Below are positions 8,324 to 18,697 of a DNA stretch of 64,000 bases, in pieces. The stretch spans positions 1 through 64,000 of the IMG/VR virus record IMGVR_UViG_3300031669_000014. The stretch is one strand, 5' to 3'. Position 1 is the first letter of the stretch. Each line of letters begins with the position of its first letter. This DNA comes from a virus. The notes under the pieces were generated by a model, which searched no databases, was not told the DNA's origin, and worked only from the letters and a program-made list of their open reading frames with translations. Made by a program: the position numbers and the translations under genes.

Positions 8324-9085
8324 CTACTCGCCACCAAGGAAATAGTCAATCCACTTCATTAACGTTTCATTTTTCAGAATATCACTCTGAGTTGATCTAG
8401 TTTTATCGTTCTGACCTCCCTGGAATGCTGCATTGTATTCCGTATTCCACTTTTGGAGAGCCGCCTGATTTTCGTTATTTTTCTGGTCAATAAGTTGCTG
8501 AAGCATTCTGTTAGCTGATCCCTGTTCATTGACATAAATATCATTTGCCGCCTGTTGTTCCTTTGCTGCAAAGTCGGTATCTAATTGGTTTAGTGTCATG
8601 GCCTGGTCTTGCGTTATATTATCTTCCCCAGCCTCCCGCTTTCCACCCTTGAGGTACCCTCTGGCTGCAAGGAACTGTGGAAGTCTCGCGCGCTGATCGG
8701 CAAACTGTTTTTCGCTACGCATTCTGGCAAGTTCGTATTGGGGTTGAAACATACCTTTTGCCCGTGCTCGAGATTCTTCCCAAGATAAACCAGGGGCTGT
8801 TGGTACCGTGTAATCTAACTTTGGAAACATTGGATATTGAGTTGTTTGGGCTGGTTGAGTTGTTTGGGCTGGATTAGTCCCGTATCCCCCAGTATATTGC
8901 CCAGGCCAATCCGGGATCCCGGTATTCAACCAATCCGGCATAACATTACCCATATTTGCGCCGCTGGCTGTATTGCCAATAGCCGTATTTGCTATTGTCT
9001 GTGTTCCTACAGGTTTTTGTAAAATATTTGCTTTATACCAATCGCTCCCAGGTATTGCAGGATTATATGAGGAAGTTAATGCCAT
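8324..9085 (-). CDS. Internal virion/ejection protein
   Basis: Q-rich coiled coil, LAARGYLKGG motif. Confidence 0.55.
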   Translation of the reverse strand: MALTSSYNPAIPGSDWYKANILQKPVGTQTIANTAIGNTASGANMGNVMPDWLNTGIPDWPGQYTGGYGTNPAQTTQPAQTTQYPMFPKLDYTVPTAPGLSWEESRARAKGMFQPQYELARMRSEKQFADQRARLPQFLAARGYLKGGKREAGEDNITQDQAMTLNQLDTDFAAKEQQAANDIYVNEQGSANRMLQQLIDQKNNENQAALQKWNTEYNAAFQGGQNDKTRSTQSDILKNETLMKWIDYFLGGE

Positions 9086-9137
9086 TTTAAAACACCTCCG
9101 TTTTTATATAATTTAAGTCGCCCCGAAAGGCGACCTT

Positions 9138-12100
9138 TTACCTTTTCAATGGCAAAACTTCGCATTCCGTGATAACCTTCTGAATCGAGATCGGATGCGT
9201 CGAATCGTCCTCAATCCGGTAGGACAACGTGTTCCCACGCGACAAGGGGATTTTGTACTTCTTCGACCGCAGATTATTATGGCCCGGACGCACATCTCCC
9301 GTGAACGTATCGGTAAGAGTACCTAGGGTGACAGTTGCCTCCCTGGAATCCACCTTCGGTTTGACTATCGTTACGCTCGTGTCGCTGTCGTCCGATAACA
9401 TCAGCATGAATTTATTAAACTTGTACGTCCTATTCTCTCCGCCTGGTGATACCATCGGTAAATCAGCGATCATTTTTAGGTTTGCGCCATCACTGGAACT
9501 TCCCGTAAACATTCGGTAGACCTTACCCACCGCCGGGTCGCCAGCGTAAAGAACGCCGGCAGAAATAATATAGCAGGAGCATCCAAACGTCCACGGTCCG
9601 TACCACTCGCTAGTCCTGAAATCATAGGCAAAAGTCAGGTATTCGTTTACCAACAAGTCGGGGTTGTGATGTTCCACTGAAATGAGATAGTAGCTATTAA
9701 AGAATACTCCAGCCATATTTGTTCGGTTAACCGTCCGGTCAAAGTAGTCTTGGATATTCCGGGACATCGGCGTAGATTCTATACTTCCATCTTGTAAACC
9801 GGGGAGAAGTGTCCTTACTCCCGTATTGGTTGGAAATACCAGAATAGATCGCAGTTGCGGGTCAATGCAAATATCAGACGCTTCAAATGATAACGATCCG
9901 TTTTTATCAATCAACCTCATCATCGTGGTGTCCACGGTAGGGTCAGAGTCAAAAATAAAGCCGGTATTCGTTGTGATCGGCGCGATAAAGTTCTCACCCT
10001 GCGGAATAAGCGCCATTGGATTGCTCTTGATGTCCAATATTGTACTCGGCAGGGTATTGACCTGCATATCCCCGGTAATATTGGGTACCTGCTCCGGCGT
10101 TCCAACCTTCGAGAACCATAGATCACTACCATTAGCATAAAACATATATTCCATAAACATGTACACAATGGAGGCGTTTGGCGGGATATTGTTGTTGTCC
10201 TCCATCAGAACGGTTAAAGATGTGTCCGCTATATTGTCCGTGTAAGCCGTAGTAGTATTGTCGCTGATAGTAGCCACATAGTAGTAAACACTGCCGCCAG
10301 CCTTAGTACGGTACAATTTACGCGAAGCCGTGGTATTACCGGCTGAAGCGTCTACCGGAGCGGTCCAAGTAATTTTTTTGCTGGCTACGGTTAACGAGGC
10401 AGAGGCGGCTGATGGATTGGATTCGTAACCATCCGCATTGACAAAGGTAATCTTGCCGTAATAAACCCCGTTGGGTGTCCCTGCTACCGTTGAATCTGCA
10501 AGTGTTGGAGCAGTTCCTGGAGGATCTACCCCCGCCTTTCGTGCCTTCACCGCAGAACTGATAGAGTAGGTGGAGGTGGCGTCAGGGCTTAATGCCCAAT
10601 CGGTTGCTATATTGCTCTTTTCAATCTGAAGGCCGTCCAAATAAAATGTAACGGCTTGTATGCTAGTCTCGGTATAACACCTTAATGCCAATGCAGTGCT
10701 CGAAGCGGAAACCGTATGGGTAATTTCCTTCCGCTCCCATATACCGCTTGCTGTGAATGATACATGGGTCTCTATTACGCCGTCTGTCAGTTGAATCGTA
10801 AGGCTCTTACCGGCAGTGGCTTTTATCCAGAAACTACCGGTATACACTGTAGAGGGGGAAACTACAATATTTGTTGTGTACACGCCTTCATAGAGAACAG
10901 AACCGGGGCAGACGACTTTCAGCGAAGCCGTGCCGTTCCAATGCTCAGTTGTGTCACGGCTAATTGTAGCCCCACTCATAGCCGCAAATCCCGTTGTATC
11001 AGTTTCGATACTGGCCTGGTTATTTGTAAGTAGGTTTGTCCAGTTAACCGATACGGTAGCATCCTTTGTCGTGCCGTTATAATCGGAGATAAACCGTACC
11101 TGTCCGACCCCAGACCCCCCGGTAATCGTTACGAGCGCATTGTTAAAGAAGTCGTTTGCTGCACTGGCCCCGGCTGCAAGCCTGATAGTATTTGTCGTAC
11201 CTGCTTGCGCCGTACCTGTTACCGCCGTGGTAGCGTCCACATATAAAACAAAAGGTCTTAGTCCATCCGCACAATAGCACATATTGTTATAGTCCTGCAT
11301 CCTCACGCGATTCCCTGTTAGTAGGTTGCTGGTCCTACCTAGAGGGGTTATGTCAAGCCTGTTGGCCTGCGTGTATGAGGTGGAATAACTTATCAAGAGA
11401 CTACTTGCTATTGGGGTTGCTGCAATCGTTCCTGCAAGTAGGAATTTAATCTGGACATATCTTAGTAACGGTATGGATCCACCGCTGACAGTTATCTCCT
11501 GCCAATCTCCAAACACCGTCCCATTACTCGACCCCCTGGCGTACCACGTTGCGGAAGTTCCTGCTGGGGTAGTCTGTACCCATGACAACACCGCCGTAAT
11601 AGGAGTATTTGCCATATCAAGGGCTATAGAAATCCAGCTACCTGAGGTATAATAAGCCGTGGTGACGCTTACCGTCACGTCATCAAGTGAAGGCGTAGAA
11701 GCCGGATCGGTAGTCGCTAAATTAGACCTCCACCGCACCCGATAGTTTGAAACGGTAGTTCCTGCCGTAATAATCGTATCTCCGGAGTTTTTAGCCACCC
11801 AACCACCCCAGGTAGACCCACCATCCGTGGAAACGTTCACTTCCACGGTGCAAGTAGTATTTGCCGGGGTTGTTTTATTAAAAGTAATAGTTGCCGTTTT
11901 TGCCACAACCGCACTGCTTACATCCTGAACGGTGTGCGTATATGTTCCTGAAGAATAATAACTGGTTATTTTTACACATATATCCACTATCCCGAATACA
12001 ACATTGCCTTGGGCAATAGAAGGATATACTCCATTATTATTTGCCCACATGCCATTATTGAAAGTTATACCGGAATAAAAAGAACAGGAAGCAGAAAGGC

Positions 12101-12929
12101 TATATCTCATTTCTTGGGCAATCATGTTTGTCGATACAACATAAGCCGTACTAGCACTAAGAGTTATTTCTGCAATAGCCCCTTCTGTCCACGCGCCACC
12201 GGTTGCCGCTACCACAACACTACTAAGTAATGCTTGGTCGGATACCCGCCAGAGTTTAATAGTATAACTACCACTAGAAGGCGCAAATATTCTCAGTTTA
12301 TTAATTACTATATTACTTGCTCCAACCGTGAATTTCCAACCGATCTCAAAAGATGATCCGGTTGCATCAACCGATGTACCACCCAATGAAGTAATGCCAT
12401 ATGTATTCGGTTGCGTACCCAACGCTACCGAATTAGTAATGGCTACGGTATTGGAATGAGTCCCATTGAAATCTGCTGTAGTAGTATCAGCGTGAGAAAA
12501 GTCAACACCTGTTTTTGCTAATTTCACGTCACCGGAACTGGTGGTAAGGTCAAGATTAACGCCAGTGCCCGCCGCCCAATCTGCCTGTGAAGTCTTGGCG
12601 ATACTACCAGAGGCGCCGGACAGCAGGTAAAGGTACTTGTCCCAGGCCGCGATCAGTTTGTCGCCATCAGAGTGCTCCCAGGTGTGAAGGCCCAAAATCT
12701 TCCCCGCGCCAAGGGAGGTAAACAGGGATTCATACCCTGCCACCTTGGATATTGCTCCAATCGGCGCTCCCAGGTCAACATTTTGGGCAAATGGCAGCTG
12801 TTGCGGCGGCATGGTGTAGATGTCGTCTACATAGTTAACCCCTCGCCAATCCTTTTGCTCGATTGGCAGGGGTTGTTTATTGCGACTGCGGTTTCGGCCT
12901 TGCCTCTTTACTATGCGATCATATGTCAT
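9138..12929 (-). CDS. Tail nozzle / packaged-DNA stabilisation protein with inserted carbohydrate-binding domains (1263 aa)
   Basis: N-terminal DWRGVN...AQNVDL, C-terminal propeller-like region; internal DUF4082-like (EIGWKFTV) and CBM4/9-like (NLLTN..IETDTTGF) segments. Confidence 0.65.
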   Translation of the reverse strand: MTYDRIVKRQGRNRSRNKQPLPIEQKDWRGVNYVDDIYTMPPQQLPFAQNVDLGAPIGAISKVAGYESLFTSLGAGKILGLHTWEHSDGDKLIAAWDKYLYLLSGASGSIAKTSQADWAAGTGVNLDLTTSSGDVKLAKTGVDFSHADTTTADFNGTHSNTVAITNSVALGTQPNTYGITSLGGTSVDATGSSFEIGWKFTVGASNIVINKLRIFAPSSGSYTIKLWRVSDQALLSSVVVAATGGAWTEGAIAEITLSASTAYVVSTNMIAQEMRYSLSASCSFYSGITFNNGMWANNNGVYPSIAQGNVVFGIVDICVKITSYYSSGTYTHTVQDVSSAVVAKTATITFNKTTPANTTCTVEVNVSTDGGSTWGGWVAKNSGDTIITAGTTVSNYRVRWRSNLATTDPASTPSLDDVTVSVTTAYYTSGSWISIALDMANTPITAVLSWVQTTPAGTSATWYARGSSNGTVFGDWQEITVSGGSIPLLRYVQIKFLLAGTIAATPIASSLLISYSTSYTQANRLDITPLGRTSNLLTGNRVRMQDYNNMCYCADGLRPFVLYVDATTAVTGTAQAGTTNTIRLAAGASAANDFFNNALVTITGGSGVGQVRFISDYNGTTKDATVSVNWTNLLTNNQASIETDTTGFAAMSGATISRDTTEHWNGTASLKVVCPGSVLYEGVYTTNIVVSPSTVYTGSFWIKATAGKSLTIQLTDGVIETHVSFTASGIWERKEITHTVSASSTALALRCYTETSIQAVTFYLDGLQIEKSNIATDWALSPDATSTYSISSAVKARKAGVDPPGTAPTLADSTVAGTPNGVYYGKITFVNADGYESNPSAASASLTVASKKITWTAPVDASAGNTTASRKLYRTKAGGSVYYYVATISDNTTTAYTDNIADTSLTVLMEDNNNIPPNASIVYMFMEYMFYANGSDLWFSKVGTPEQVPNITGDMQVNTLPSTILDIKSNPMALIPQGENFIAPITTNTGFIFDSDPTVDTTMMRLIDKNGSLSFEASDICIDPQLRSILVFPTNTGVRTLLPGLQDGSIESTPMSRNIQDYFDRTVNRTNMAGVFFNSYYLISVEHHNPDLLVNEYLTFAYDFRTSEWYGPWTFGCSCYIISAGVLYAGDPAVGKVYRMFTGSSSDGANLKMIADLPMVSPGGENRTYKFNKFMLMLSDDSDTSVTIVKPKVDSREATVTLGTLTDTFTGDVRPGHNNLRSKKYKIPLSRGNTLSYRIEDDSTHPISIQKVITECEVLPLKR

Positions 12930-13577
12930 TTACGACACCCCATAAACATCTCTTATGATAATATCACTATCATCATGCTTTTCTACGCTGTGCGCCTGTT
13001 CAATGGCGTCAAGGATATCCAATTTAAGCGTCTTTAAGTCCAGCATGTCTGCTAGGTCATTGTTTCTCATGGCATATGTTTCTTTGATATGCACGACAAA
13101 CGGGTCAAGGTGAAATTTCTCTTTTAACGCAGTTGGCGACGATGCCGCGCTATCGGTCAAGGCAGTCGGCTTAATGTAGTAATAAAACTTAATGGTGTTA
13201 GTCGGAGTTATGCCGAAAATCCATAACTGAGTTGTATTTGGAATCATATATTGTGATGTTGTATCCGTGTCAGCAACCTTATTTTCGATATCAAAAATTT
13301 GTTCCAGTGGGTCGTCAGTCTCCGCGTCTCCGTCATACACCCTGGATGGAAGCAGAAAATCACTTGGCAATGTTGCTACACCCAAAGTAATTGTGTGAGC
13401 TCCATCGCTAGCGTCATAAGTATATGAGAGCAGGTTTTTGAGACGTTCCCCGATCTCGTTCTGATAAAACAGATTGATCAGTTGAAGACACTCAACCCGG
13501 GTCATTTCAACCGGAGTGACAGGGTCATCCTCGCCAATAGCTTTTAAGCAGTGGTTAATAATTACGTCTGAGGTCAA
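12930..13577 (-). CDS. Head-tail adaptor
   Basis: TLPSDFL...YYIKPT...FH pattern; position before nozzle. Confidence 0.65.
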   Translation of the reverse strand: MTSDVIINHCLKAIGEDDPVTPVEMTRVECLQLINLFYQNEIGERLKNLLSYTYDASDGAHTITLGVATLPSDFLLPSRVYDGDAETDDPLEQIFDIENKVADTDTTSQYMIPNTTQLWIFGITPTNTIKFYYYIKPTALTDSAASSPTALKEKFHLDPFVVHIKETYAMRNNDLADMLDLKTLKLDILDAIEQAHSVEKHDDSDIIIRDVYGVS

Positions 13578-13611
13578 AATAAAAACCCCCTCTCTTTATC
13601 CTGGGGAGTGA

Positions 13612-13794
13612 TTAATAAATCTTATTTTCCATTCCACAGCCGGGGCATATTAACAAATGCGCTGTGTTTGATAGTAGATATTCCTGAGGGTCATTCGGCA
13701 TAGTAAATTTAATCTTGTTATCCCTGGCGTTAATAGTTGCCAGGACATAACCGCAGTCGGTGCATTTGACCTCTTGAGTCATAATATGCCCCAC
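13612..13794 (-). CDS. Zinc-ribbon protein
   Basis: CTDCG...CPGCG. Confidence 0.6.
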   Translation of the reverse strand: MGHIMTQEVKCTDCGYVLATINARDNKIKFTMPNDPQEYLLSNTAHLLICPGCGMENKIY

Positions 13795-13802
13795 CTTTCA
13801 TC

Positions 13803-14141
13803 TTAAACAGTAAACCCGGTAATATTCACCTTCCCAATCGTTCCACCCGTACCGGATGCCGCCAATTCAGCAGACACGGCATTTCCGGCTGTTCCTTTGA
13901 TATTTAAAGGTATAAACTCAGCATTAACAATATAGTGCTCGGCAATCACGGTGGAGCCATCCTTGATTTGAAGTAACTTTGTGATCGCAGCGCTGAAGCT
14001 TGCAAAAACGCCGGTAAGAACGTGAGTTTTATCAGTGGCAGCGGCCTTACTTGCAGTTGCCAGGGCGTTGTCTTTGCTGTCCGTTGCCACCCACCCGTTT
14101 GCCGCTTGATTGTATAATACTGCTTCCAGTTGATTAGTCAT
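13803..14141 (-). CDS. Virion structural protein (beta-rich)
   Basis: A/T/G-rich, in head-tail module. Confidence 0.5.
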   Translation of the reverse strand: MTNQLEAVLYNQAANGWVATDSKDNALATASKAAATDKTHVLTGVFASFSAAITKLLQIKDGSTVIAEHYIVNAEFIPLNIKGTAGNAVSAELAASGTGGTIGKVNITGFTV

Positions 14142-14444
14142 TTACTTCACCTCTTTCGGATGTTCTTTCTTGCAGTGTGCCAGAAATGCCCCGTGGTTAT
14201 TGGTTTCAAAACTACACTTCCGGCAGTTAAACTTAAATGGCTCGGCAGTGACATCCTGTTCCGGCTGCGCGTTAACAGCAACTGGTTCCACCGGCTCATG
14301 TTGGTAATGGTTCATCATCCGCTTAAGGAAAGGGTTGTCGTCGCTTAAAACAATCTCCCCGTTATCATCAAACTTATATAACGGGTGACCTGTTTCAGAA
14401 TCCATTATATGCAAACCCGGTTCTCCAAAAAATCTGTATTTCAA
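14142..14444 (-). CDS. Hypothetical protein with C2H2 zinc finger
   Basis: CRKC...H CKKEH. Confidence 0.6.
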   Translation of the reverse strand: MKYRFFGEPGLHIMDSETGHPLYKFDDNGEIVLSDDNPFLKRMMNHYQHEPVEPVAVNAQPEQDVTAEPFKFNCRKCSFETNNHGAFLAHCKKEHPKEVK

Positions 14445-14492
14445 GTCCTCACCTCTTTTAAAGAATTTAGGGGACCCGAAGGCCCCCTTTTT

Positions 14493-14864
14493 CTACGGCA
14501 AATTAATGATCCCTAATTTGACCGAACTTACGGTACCGGACTGGGTCACGGCCACATTGATGGTAACCAAGCCGTTAGTTCCCTTGAACCTCGCGGAATC
14601 CAGGGGGCCGATCTGTTTATAAACACTAGCGTCCGCAACGTCAACGGACAGGGTCCCCAGGTCTTTACGCCAGAAGCCGCCCGGAGAAACGGTAATGGTT
14701 GCCGTTTCTACTGCAACGGCATCATTGGTATTCTGAACGATAATCACGATCTTTTCATTTTGTTTGGTGGAAAAATCAACCGTGTTGGCCGACTGTGCAG
14801 CGTGTAGGGTAACGTCAACCGAGCCGTCTCTAACGGCAGTGGATACGGTAATAGCTTGCGTCAT
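14493..14864 (-). CDS. Capsid decoration/cement-like protein
   Basis: Immediately after capsid gene, followed by terminator 14468-14492. Confidence 0.5.
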   Translation of the reverse strand: MTQAITVSTAVRDGSVDVTLHAAQSANTVDFSTKQNEKIVIIVQNTNDAVAVETATITVSPGGFWRKDLGTLSVDVADASVYKQIGPLDSARFKGTNGLVTINVAVTQSGTVSSVKLGIINLP

Positions 14865-14883
14865 GGTTATTTATCTCCTTCCC

Positions 14884-15723
14884 TTAAATTGTGGATTCAG
14901 CGGAGGTCGTAAGTGCCAGGTTGACAATCTCTTTGGGCTTGACCACTTTGGCGCCATACAGTTGCAGCCCCTTAACGGCATCTCCAAAGCCTTCGCTGGT
15001 CAGGCGGTAGGCTTCTGTGTCAATTAGTTGTTCAGCATAGGAAATGGCCGCTTTGGTCCGCAGCAGGCAATTACTCAGAGTGCCGACCTGGACGACGTTG
15101 TTTGACAGATAAATCGTGCAGTTTAGATACTGCCCAACCCTGCCGTTTTCAAGGATTTTTGTGTTGCCGTAATCCTTTACGATTTTCGCCAGGACAAGTT
15201 TGGTGTAAACCTGCGGCGATACCTCGAAGGCGATTTCTTCACCCTCCGGCACATCGTTTTCATACAGTTTTTGAATCGCAGCCGCAAGGGAACTGATGAT
15301 GTTTGCCGATGTTACGGTAGCGGTTACAGTGTTCCCGGCCTCGGTGTACTTTCCGAAAATAAATTGATCAGCAAGGTTGTTAAGCCCAAGGCCGGCTTTC
15401 CTCATACCCTCGTTCATTACTTTTTGGTTGGCCTGTGCCTTGTCCACATCGTCAACGGCGAAGTGGTAATACTTGGCCTGGGTGATCTCCAGCATGGTGG
15501 AGGCGTCATCCAGAGTTTGCAGGGTCAACCCGGTGGCGAAATTGTTCTTGGTGTAATCGTTGATGGTGATATCACCGATACTGTTAATCTTGACCTTATC
15601 GCCTTTTTGCTTGATCTCACCCTCATAGTCTCGGTTGCAGTTGCTAATTGCAACATGCTTGCGGTCACGTTCTTTGAGCATTGTCGCCGTCCAAATGGTC
15701 GGGATAAAATTATTTACGGACAT
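14884..15723 (-). CDS. Major capsid protein A (P22-coat-like)
   Basis: FIPTIW...NRDYEGEI...GDKVKI...FAVDDVDKAQ...LYGAKV. Confidence 0.85.
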   Translation of the reverse strand: MSVNNFIPTIWTATMLKERDRKHVAISNCNRDYEGEIKQKGDKVKINSIGDITINDYTKNNFATGLTLQTLDDASTMLEITQAKYYHFAVDDVDKAQANQKVMNEGMRKAGLGLNNLADQFIFGKYTEAGNTVTATVTSANIISSLAAAIQKLYENDVPEGEEIAFEVSPQVYTKLVLAKIVKDYGNTKILENGRVGQYLNCTIYLSNNVVQVGTLSNCLLRTKAAISYAEQLIDTEAYRLTSEGFGDAVKGLQLYGAKVVKPKEIVNLALTTSAESTI

Positions 15724-15741
15724 AGTTTAATTCTCCTTTCG

Positions 15742-16578
15742 TTATTTCCAGTGCTTCATGGAATCCATAATAGCCTTGTAAACCTCTGGTTTAGCGGCAT
15801 CTTTGGGATCCATCTTCTCAACTTGCTCCTTGGAATAATACCCCGTTGGTACGCTGCCGTTTCCGGTAACGCTACCCGGGCTTGATTGTGCGTTTTGGTC
15901 GTTTTTCTGACGGGTTTGCAGAGTTTCTTCCATCTTGGCAAGGCGATCTCTTAGCGTCCGGTTTTCATGCCTGGTGTATGCATCAACCAATGACTTGCCA
16001 TTATTTACCTCTTGCCAAACCTCTGCCGGGACATCCTCCGGCTTAACATCCTTAAACTCTTCAATAAATTCAACATACATACCCTGTTGTTTCCGTTGCT
16101 GCTCAGCGGTCATTTTTTCCTGGGTGTACTGCTGTCGGAATTTTCTTCCCTCGATGATTTCCCGTGCAACATCCTCGGGAATATTATTTTGGATCAGTTC
16201 ATCCAGCCTTGCTTGTTCATTCTGCTGTTTCCAGTGGCCAACCAGTTGATCCACAGTTACGCCATTAGCCTGGGCGATCTCGTTAAGGTAGGCGAGACCA
16301 GGGTGATTGGCTAACTCGTTGTACCGCTCATAAACCTTGTCATAGTTGAGTCCCTTTTGAATGTGCTGAACAGCCTCATCATAAGGGATCTCCTTGTCCT
16401 CATGGTTATACTTAATCTTAATGGTCTGCGGCGGTGTCGGATCGCTTGGCGCCGGGTCGGTTGACTGGTCTTGCGCCGGTGGATCTGTTGGTATTACAGG
16501 ATCACTCGGCGGTGCTGCTGGGGTAGGGTCTGCCGTTGGTGTGGCAGTGCTTAAAATTGGTTCATCCACTAATATCAT
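15742..16578 (-). CDS. Capsid scaffolding protein A
   Basis: Pro/Asp-rich N-terminus, IKIKYNHE..QKGLNYD, coiled coil; precedes capsid. Confidence 0.75.
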   Translation of the reverse strand: MILVDEPILSTATPTADPTPAAPPSDPVIPTDPPAQDQSTDPAPSDPTPPQTIKIKYNHEDKEIPYDEAVQHIQKGLNYDKVYERYNELANHPGLAYLNEIAQANGVTVDQLVGHWKQQNEQARLDELIQNNIPEDVAREIIEGRKFRQQYTQEKMTAEQQRKQQGMYVEFIEEFKDVKPEDVPAEVWQEVNNGKSLVDAYTRHENRTLRDRLAKMEETLQTRQKNDQNAQSSPGSVTGNGSVPTGYYSKEQVEKMDPKDAAKPEVYKAIMDSMKHWK

Positions 16579-16724
16579 CCTTCCTTGGCCTCTGGTTGGG
16601 CCGTTCGAGTAAATAGAAAACCACCTCTTGCGAAGTGGTTACTTGCCTTTTTTGCTGCCCTGACACGGTTTAGGTATCTCTTTTTTGCCCATAGGTATCT
16701 TCCCGCCCATGGCCACCTGTCTTT

Positions 16725-17456
16725 TTAGCCATTTCTTAACTCACCTCGCTTATACTTTTCTAACTCACTATCCCTATAAAGGTGAATACAAGGGTAATGA
16801 GTGTCAAGCCAAATACCGAAGTCATGCGCTGCCGCCCGGATGCAGAAATGCCGGTCCTCTCCCCAATAACTGATATTGTATACCCGGTCGTAATTGATGC
16901 CGGCCTGAATAACCGGCTTACTGATCAGGATGCAGGCCCCGGTCATGCCAATGGGGTATAAACCAGGCACGCGCCATTCCTCCAGACGTTTCTCGTGTCT
17001 AAATTCAAACATATTATAATCCCAGGCGTTGGGGGCTTCGATGTCATCCGGCGTCCAGCGGGTCCAAATTATCTCGGCGACAATATCCTTCTTGGCATCA
17101 AGAAGAGTAATCAGCGTCCGCGGGTGCAGGATAAGGTCGCTGTCCACGAAAAACACATAATCGTAATCATTTCGTTTGGCAAAATCCAGGATACAATTCT
17201 TCATTCCGGCAACATGAGATACGTTGGTGCTTGTCCAGTGATGTGAAGCTTCGTCTGTCTTGTATGGCTCATCCGTGTTGTATTCCGCATAAAAAGACTT
17301 GTCCTTTATCAGCGGCAGCAGTTCGGGGCTGTTATGCAAAATAAAAAACCTGTTAACCTCCGCCCCTTCTGGAATTTCGAGATTATCTAAGCTTTCCAGG
17401 TATGCTTTGAAGATTTCTTCCTTCTGACGAACCGGAGCCGCTATGAGAATTCTCAT
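16725..17456 (-). CDS. GT-A (family 2-like) glycosyltransferase
   Basis: ILIAAPVR, FFVDSDL, GMTGACILI, WGEDRHFC. Confidence 0.85.
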   Translation of the reverse strand: MRILIAAPVRQKEEIFKAYLESLDNLEIPEGAEVNRFFILHNSPELLPLIKDKSFYAEYNTDEPYKTDEASHHWTSTNVSHVAGMKNCILDFAKRNDYDYVFFVDSDLILHPRTLITLLDAKKDIVAEIIWTRWTPDDIEAPNAWDYNMFEFRHEKRLEEWRVPGLYPIGMTGACILISKPVIQAGINYDRVYNISYWGEDRHFCIRAAAHDFGIWLDTHYPCIHLYRDSELEKYKRGELRNG

Positions 17457-18697
17457 ATATACCTCTCATATACAAACAATATTTGTTCTCCCCCGTCATA
17501 TAGGACATTTTTTGACGGTACAATGCAGCTATGCTTCAACCTAAACCCGTTTAACTCTTGAGGGAAAGTGTTTTCGTTTATCGTTACAGGGTGAACGTCT
17601 GACGGTGTTTGGTTGTACGGGGTCATAATAACAAGATATTTGTTAGATAACTTTAGTATTTCCTCTGTTTGGACTACAGGATCAGTAAAATGTTCGAGAC
17701 AGTTTGACGTTATTACAGCGTCATAGGTTTTCTGGGGCCACTCATGGGTAAAATTGTATCCTGGGTACATTCCCTTTGCTGTTTTTATAGCGGTTTCCGA
17801 AAAATCATACCCCTCTGCGTTATATCCTGCCTTATTCAGCTCTTCTACGCCCTGCCCCATTGCGCACCCCCAATCAAGAACAGTTGCATTTTCAGGGAAT
17901 TTCACCACCTCCAGAATACGTTTCATAAAGTATCTTGTCTGTTCTACTCCATCTATGCCAACTCTCCAATTTTCCTTAAACTCGTTCTCCCACCACTCTT
18001 TACTGTTTGTGTCACTGAAAAAAGGTTTAAGGTTCGGATTGTCATCTAAAATACTAAGATACTGCCCTATTATCCCATATTCACCATCCGGATCAGCCTT
18101 TATGTACCTCTCATACTTGGTTTGTCTGTCCTCCGGCGTACTCCACCCCCAGTGTTGAATTTTCAACCCCGTGCCACTTACCAGATCGCAGGAATTCACC
18201 GGTAACCTGCCGCAATGCAGGGCGGTTTCCCGCCAGGTATACTCCTTTCCGGCATCGTACCGGACGCACATTACCCAACCCCTGGTATGGGCGTTCCAAA
18301 AATCATCATACCTATAATGCGTTGGGCTCCACATATCGTAAAGACTGAACGCAAGCCCATCCGCGCCGCACTCTTCGGCAGCCTTGACGCAGGCAGGCAG
18401 GAGGTCGATATTGTGAATAGTCTCATCAGCATCAAGACAAAGAATCCAATCTCCGTTCCTGGCTACCAATGAAGCCATATACCACAGGAACTTGCGCAGG
18501 GATACCTCATTTGTGGCCCATATGGGCTCCTGAGAGTAACAAACAATAGCACCGTATTCGAGGCAGACATTCGGCGTATTGTCGGTGCTGCAATCGTCCA
18601 GGACGATGATTTTATCGCATACTTGGCGCATCTGCTCCAAGACCTGCCGAAGCCACCGGTCAGCCTCATTCCTGACTAGCATCATCCCGATTAGCAT
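17453..18697 (-). CDS. GT2 glycosyltransferase fused to class I SAM methyltransferase
   Basis: VRNEA..LDDCSTD..LDADE..HWGW; then VLDWGCAMG..GYDFS..CLEHF. Confidence 0.85.
   Translation of the reverse strand: MLIGMMLVRNEADRWLRQVLEQMRQVCDKIIVLDDCSTDNTPNVCLEYGAIVCYSQEPIWATNEVSLRKFLWYMASLVARNGDWILCLDADETIHNIDLLPACVKAAEECGADGLAFSLYDMWSPTHYRYDDFWNAHTRGWVMCVRYDAGKEYTWRETALHCGRLPVNSCDLVSGTGLKIQHWGWSTPEDRQTKYERYIKADPDGEYGIIGQYLSILDDNPNLKPFFSDTNSKEWWENEFKENWRVGIDGVEQTRYFMKRILEVVKFPENATVLDWGCAMGQGVEELNKAGYNAEGYDFSETAIKTAKGMYPGYNFTHEWPQKTYDAVITSNCLEHFTDPVVQTEEILKLSNKYLVIMTPYNQTPSDVHPVTINENTFPQELNGFRLKHSCIVPSKNVLYDGGEQILFVYERYI

Noticed and set aside
9138-12929. Diversity-generating retroelement or invertible tail cassette
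   Set aside because: No reverse transcriptase, TR/VR pair or invertase in the window
16640-16732. Tiny basic peptides between GT cluster and scaffold
   Set aside because: 20-23 codons in two competing frames; unsupported
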